The position numbers and the translations under genes are program-made. From Rebecca billardiae RCC1528 (Eukaryota > Protista > Haptophyta): a stretch of 64,000 bases of DNA. The notes below the pieces were generated by a model. That model was not told the origin of the DNA. It ran no database searches and was given only the letters and a program-made list of their open reading frames with translations. Shown here one piece after another: positions 60,500 through 64,000 of the stretch (position 1 is its first letter; each line of letters starts with the position of its first letter). Location of the stretch: assembly GCA_965240325.2 (NCBI GenBank), contig OZ251224.1, positions 496,001 through 560,000 of the forward strand, written 5' to 3'.

Positions 60500-61984
60500 A
60501 TGCCCGACTGGGCGTTGGGCTCGGTGCTCGCCGCGCTCGCCGCGCCCCACGAGGGCTCACGCGGGCTCGCCACTCGGCTGAACGCGACGCTCCATGACAT
60601 CATCAAGCTCAACGAGCATGCTCAGCGCGCGCAGCTTGCGAGTCTCTTCGACGAGCTGGACGCGAACGCGGACGGCTGCGTGAGCTCGGCCGAGCTGCAG
60701 GTGCAAGCGCCGGCGTGGGTCGCGCTGCACTCGCTCACGTCGGTGCTGGAGGTGCCCGTGCACCGGCTACGCATCATGCTCGCCGGCGCGACGCTTGTCC
60801 GCTGGCTCGTGGGGTGGCTGCTCGCGCTCGTCGCCTTCCACGTGCTGTGCTCGCTGTGCGAGTTCGCTCGGGTCGCGCTCGGCTTGCCGCGCGCGGGCCG
60901 CATGCCCTTTGCCGGGCCGCCGGCGAAGAGCGCGAAGCACACGACGAAGGAGCGCGCGCTACACTACGACACCCCCATCGCCGACTCCCGCCGCGAGCAG
61001 CTCAAGTGCGCGCTGATGGTGCTGAGCGGGCTGGCGCCGCTGCGCATCGCGCTCGCCTTCTGCTCGTTCGCCGCAGGCGTGCTGCTCCTCAACGCGGCGG
61101 TGCGCGCGGGGCGGTCGGCGCGCTTCGGCCCGCGCGCGAGCGAGCGGCTGATCGACGCGGCGAGCGCGATGCTCCGCGTCTCGCTCTACTGGCTCACCTA
61201 CTACCACATCGACGTGCACGGGTGCGCGCCCGGCCGGCACGAGGCGAGTCTGCTCGTGGGCAACCACGTTGGCCTGATCGAGGTGCTCTGCCTGTACCGG
61301 CTGGCGCGCTGCCCGTCGTTCGTCACGCGGATCGAGAACCTGTCGCTGCCGCTCTTTGCCGGCGTCGCGCGCATCTCGCGCGCGATCGTCGTCGACCGCG
61401 CCGACGCGAGCTCGCGCGAGCGCACGCTGCGCGAGATCTCGGCGCGCGCTCAGGAGGCGGGCGGCGCGCAGCTGATGATCTTCCCGGAGGGCACGTGCAA
61501 CAACCAGCAGTGCCTGTTTCGGTACAAGCAGGGCGCGTTCGCGCCCGGGCTGCCCGTCGCGCCCGTCGCCTTCCACATCCCGTACGCCCACTTCAACGCG
61601 TGCCTCACCGGCGCGCCCACGGGCGGGCACGAGCTGCCGGGTATGATCCTGCGCACGGCGTGCCAGCTCGTCTCGCGCATCGAGATCTGCTTCCTGCCCG
61701 TGTACATCCCGTCCGAGGCGGAGCGCGCCGACCCGATCCTGTACGCGAACAACGTGCAGTCGCTCACGGCGAGGTACCTCCACGTGCCCACCTCGGACGC
61801 CACGCTGGCAGACTACACGGCGCATGCGCTGCGCCACCACCGGCGCGCTGACGCGCAGCAGCAGGCGGCCGAAACGCGGGTGACACGCGCCGGCTCGTAC
61901 AGCTGCCCCTCGCCACGTGGGGCAGCCGCCGAGGAGGCTCCGCTGCTGAGCGGGGTCACTCTGGGCACGTGCAAAGCGGAGTAA
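60500..61984 (+). CDS. Lysophospholipid acyltransferase (LPCAT1/LPEAT-like) with N-terminal EF-hand
   Basis: LFDELDANADGCVSSAEL EF-hand; VGNHVGLIE; VDR; LMIFPEGTCNN; GAFAPGLPVAPV; DPILYANNV. Confidence 0.92.
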   Translation: MPDWALGSVLAALAAPHEGSRGLATRLNATLHDIIKLNEHAQRAQLASLFDELDANADGCVSSAELQVQAPAWVALHSLTSVLEVPVHRLRIMLAGATLVRWLVGWLLALVAFHVLCSLCEFARVALGLPRAGRMPFAGPPAKSAKHTTKERALHYDTPIADSRREQLKCALMVLSGLAPLRIALAFCSFAAGVLLLNAAVRAGRSARFGPRASERLIDAASAMLRVSLYWLTYYHIDVHGCAPGRHEASLLVGNHVGLIEVLCLYRLARCPSFVTRIENLSLPLFAGVARISRAIVVDRADASSRERTLREISARAQEAGGAQLMIFPEGTCNNQQCLFRYKQGAFAPGLPVAPVAFHIPYAHFNACLTGAPTGGHELPGMILRTACQLVSRIEICFLPVYIPSEAERADPILYANNVQSLTARYLHVPTSDATLADYTAHALRHHRRADAQQQAAETRVTRAGSYSCPSPRGAAAEEAPLLSGVTLGTCKAE

Positions 61985-62678
61985 TAACGGCGGCGGTATA
62001 TTTATTATCTGTCGCGCGCGCGTACGTAGTCGTATAGTAGTCAATAAGTCATCAGCGCCGTAGGTCTACCGCTGGTAAGTGGTAGCGTTCGCCAGCCGCC
62101 AGCATCAAGTATCAACGCAAGCGCGGCGATGCCGATGCCGCTGATCATAAAGGCGGCAGCCATCGTCGTCGCCGTCGCCATCAAAGGGTGCTGGCCACCA
62201 GCGCCGCCACAGCTCTGCGGCATGCCGCTGTCACACCTCCACGTGCCCACCTCGGACGCCACGCTGGCAGACTACACGGCGCATCGGCATGCGCTGCGCC
62301 ACCACCGGCGCGCTGACGCGCAGCAGCAGGCGGCCGAAACGCGGGTGACACGCGCCGGCTCGTACAGCTGCCCCTCGCCACGTGGGGCAGCCGCCGAGGA
62401 AGCTCCGCTGCTGAGCGGGGTCACTCTGGGCACGTGCAAAGCGGAGTAATAACGGCGGCGGTATATTTATTATCTGTCGCGCGCGCGTACGTAGTCGTTA
62501 TAGATAGTAGTCATCAGCGCCGTAGCTGACGCTGGTAGCGTTCGCCAGCCGCCAGCATCAACGCAAGCGCGGCGATGCCGATGCCGCTGATCATAAAGGC
62601 GGCAGCCATCGTCGTCGCCGTCGCCATCAAAGGGTGCTGGCCACCAGCGCCGCCACTGCTCTGCGGCATGCCGCTGTC
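61777..62678. repeat. ~460-bp tandem duplication spanning the convergent 3' ends of the acyltransferase and Sel1 genes
   Basis: 61777-62233 matches 62235-62678 apart from small indels. It creates a chimeric junction at ~62234 and the orphan ORFs 62129-62449 (+) and 62041-62262 (-). Confidence 0.93.
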
Positions 62679-64000
62679 AACGCTGGTCGTCGTCGCCATC
62701 GCCACCAACTGACGGTCGAAGCCGCTGCTCTGTGAAGTGCCGCTGTCAGCGCTGGCCGTAGTCATCATCACCATCTCAACCAAAGGGTGGCCGACGCCGC
62801 TGCCCTGAGACGTGCCGCTGTCAGCGCTGTCATCGTTTATGCTGGGCGAGAGCCCTGCTTCGCACTCCTGGCACCAGCGAGTGCAGTGCGGCTTGTGCTC
62901 CCTCCACGCCTGCCGCTGGTGCTCTCGCGAGCAGAAGACTGCCAAGAGGCACCGCTGGCACTTCTTCACGCCGCGGCCCGCCTTGGCGCACACCATGCAA
63001 CATGCACCCGCCACCTCCGGATCTCCAGCCAGTCGTGGCTGCCCCAGCAACTGGCAAACGACGGAAATGGATGGCTGCGATGACTGGCCGAGATGTTGAT
63101 TGGCGTTGTTCTGCTCACACCATTGCTCATGTGCGAGGCGCATGAGGCGCGCTCCCTCGTCGACGTCGCGCTCCACGCCGCAGCCCACGAGCGTCAGCTT
63201 TGCCAGCGACCCGGACCCTAAATCATTGCCCCCATCCGCTGCGAGCCGGTACCAGCGCACCGCCTCTGCGATATCGGCGTGCATGCCGTTCAGACCAAAC
63301 TCGAGGCACTGACCAAGGACGGCCTGCGCCATTGCCAAGCCCTGCTCGGCCGCCAGCCGGCACAAGCGCATCCCCTCGGCCACGTCCTGCTGCACGCCCT
63401 CGCCTCGCACAAGGCACAGACTCCACTGGAGCTGCCCTGTCGGGTCACCGTGCTCAGCCGCCAGCCGGAACCAATGCGCCGCCTCAGCCACATCTTGAGG
63501 CACGCCCCAGCCCTTGACGAGGAGCAGACCCAGTCTGCATTGCGCTCTCGCGTCACCCTCATCAGCCGCCAGCTGGTACCAGTGCACCGCCTCGGCCAAG
63601 TCCTGCGGCACGCCCTCGCCAGACTCGAGGGAGTACGCCAATTGGTACTGCGCGCTCACCAAACCCGTCTCGGCCGCCCGCCGGTACCAGCGCGCCGCCT
63701 GGTCCTTGTCCTGTGGCACGCCGTAGCCGTTGGACAAGTAAATACCCAGGTTGAACTGCGCGTCTGCGTGGCCCTCCTCGGCCGCCAGCCGGCACCAGCG
63801 CGCCGCCTCGGCCATGTCCTGCGGCACGCCGTAGCCGTTGGACAAGGAAATAGACAGGTTGAACTGCGCGTCTGCGTGGCCCTCCTCAGCCGCCAGCCGG
63901 CACCAGCGCGCCGCCTCGGCCATGTCCTGCTGCACGCCCTCGCCCGTCCTGAGGTGCCCAGACAGCTGGTACTGCGCATCTGCGTGGCCCTGCTCAGCCG
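62514..64000 (-). CDS. Sel1-like repeat protein with MYND zinc finger and C-terminal TM (5' end beyond the window)
   Basis: 36-aa repeats GHADAQFNL...GYGVPQDMAEAARWCRLAAEE; CMVC..KKCQRC..FCSREHQRQAWREHKPHC; three SADSGTSQ-like repeats; hydrophobic tail. Confidence 0.93.
   Translation of the reverse strand, partial: AEQGHADAQYQLSGHLRTGEGVQQDMAEAARWCRLAAEEGHADAQFNLSISLSNGYGVPQDMAEAARWCRLAAEEGHADAQFNLGIYLSNGYGVPQDKDQAARWYRRAAETGLVSAQYQLAYSLESGEGVPQDLAEAVHWYQLAADEGDARAQCRLGLLLVKGWGVPQDVAEAAHWFRLAAEHGDPTGQLQWSLCLVRGEGVQQDVAEGMRLCRLAAEQGLAMAQAVLGQCLEFGLNGMHADIAEAVRWYRLAADGGNDLGSGSLAKLTLVGCGVERDVDEGARLMRLAHEQWCEQNNANQHLGQSSQPSISVVCQLLGQPRLAGDPEVAGACCMVCAKAGRGVKKCQRCLLAVFCSREHQRQAWREHKPHCTRWCQECEAGLSPSINDDSADSGTSQGSGVGHPLVEMVMMTTASADSGTSQSSGFDRQLVAMATTTSVDSGMPQSSGGAGGQHPLMATATTMAAAFMISGIGIAALALMLAAGERYQRQLRR

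Noticed and set aside
61255-61285. HxxxxE in place of the HxxxxD acyltransferase motif
   Set aside because: Glu at this position is known in LPEAT2-type enzymes, so it is not evidence of novelty or inactivity.
1-64000. tRNA, rRNA, prokaryotic operon or viral genes
   Set aside because: None recognisable by eye; intron-containing eukaryotic genes throughout. A covariance-model scan was not possible.

Overview
Gene-dense, very GC-rich eukaryotic DNA with short spliceosomal introns (donors mostly GTGCGC/GTACGC, one GC-AG; acceptors mostly GC-rich ..CAG). This style suggests a haptophyte alga such as a Pavlovales species (inference only). About 20 genes are supported: Methyltransf_22-type methyltransferase, UVR/coiled-coil protein, stand-alone Hpt, NRK-like P-loop kinase, casein kinase 1, extensin-like membrane protein, P5-type ATPase, thioredoxin, Sec7 ARF-GEF, plasmepsin-V-like aspartic protease, GST, SMYD5-like SET protein, GT61, PHO88, LPCAT/LPEAT, a Sel1-MYND protein and several hypotheticals, plus one glycosyltransferase pseudogene. 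The main non-genic signal is that four of eight head-to-head gene pairs carry an inverted-repeat element in the shared promoter. Two are ~1.1-kb foldback elements with 425-441 bp arms and 7-bp flanking direct repeats, one is a TA-flanked MITE, and one is a decayed element with a perfect 30-bp palindrome. Also present: a ~5.4-kb element with Helentron/DINE-1-like ends, a 737-bp retroelement-like insertion whose ends form an in-frame GT..AG intron, two local tandem duplications, and a 46-bp motif shared upstream of two unrelated genes. All calls are by eye from the sequence; no searches were run.
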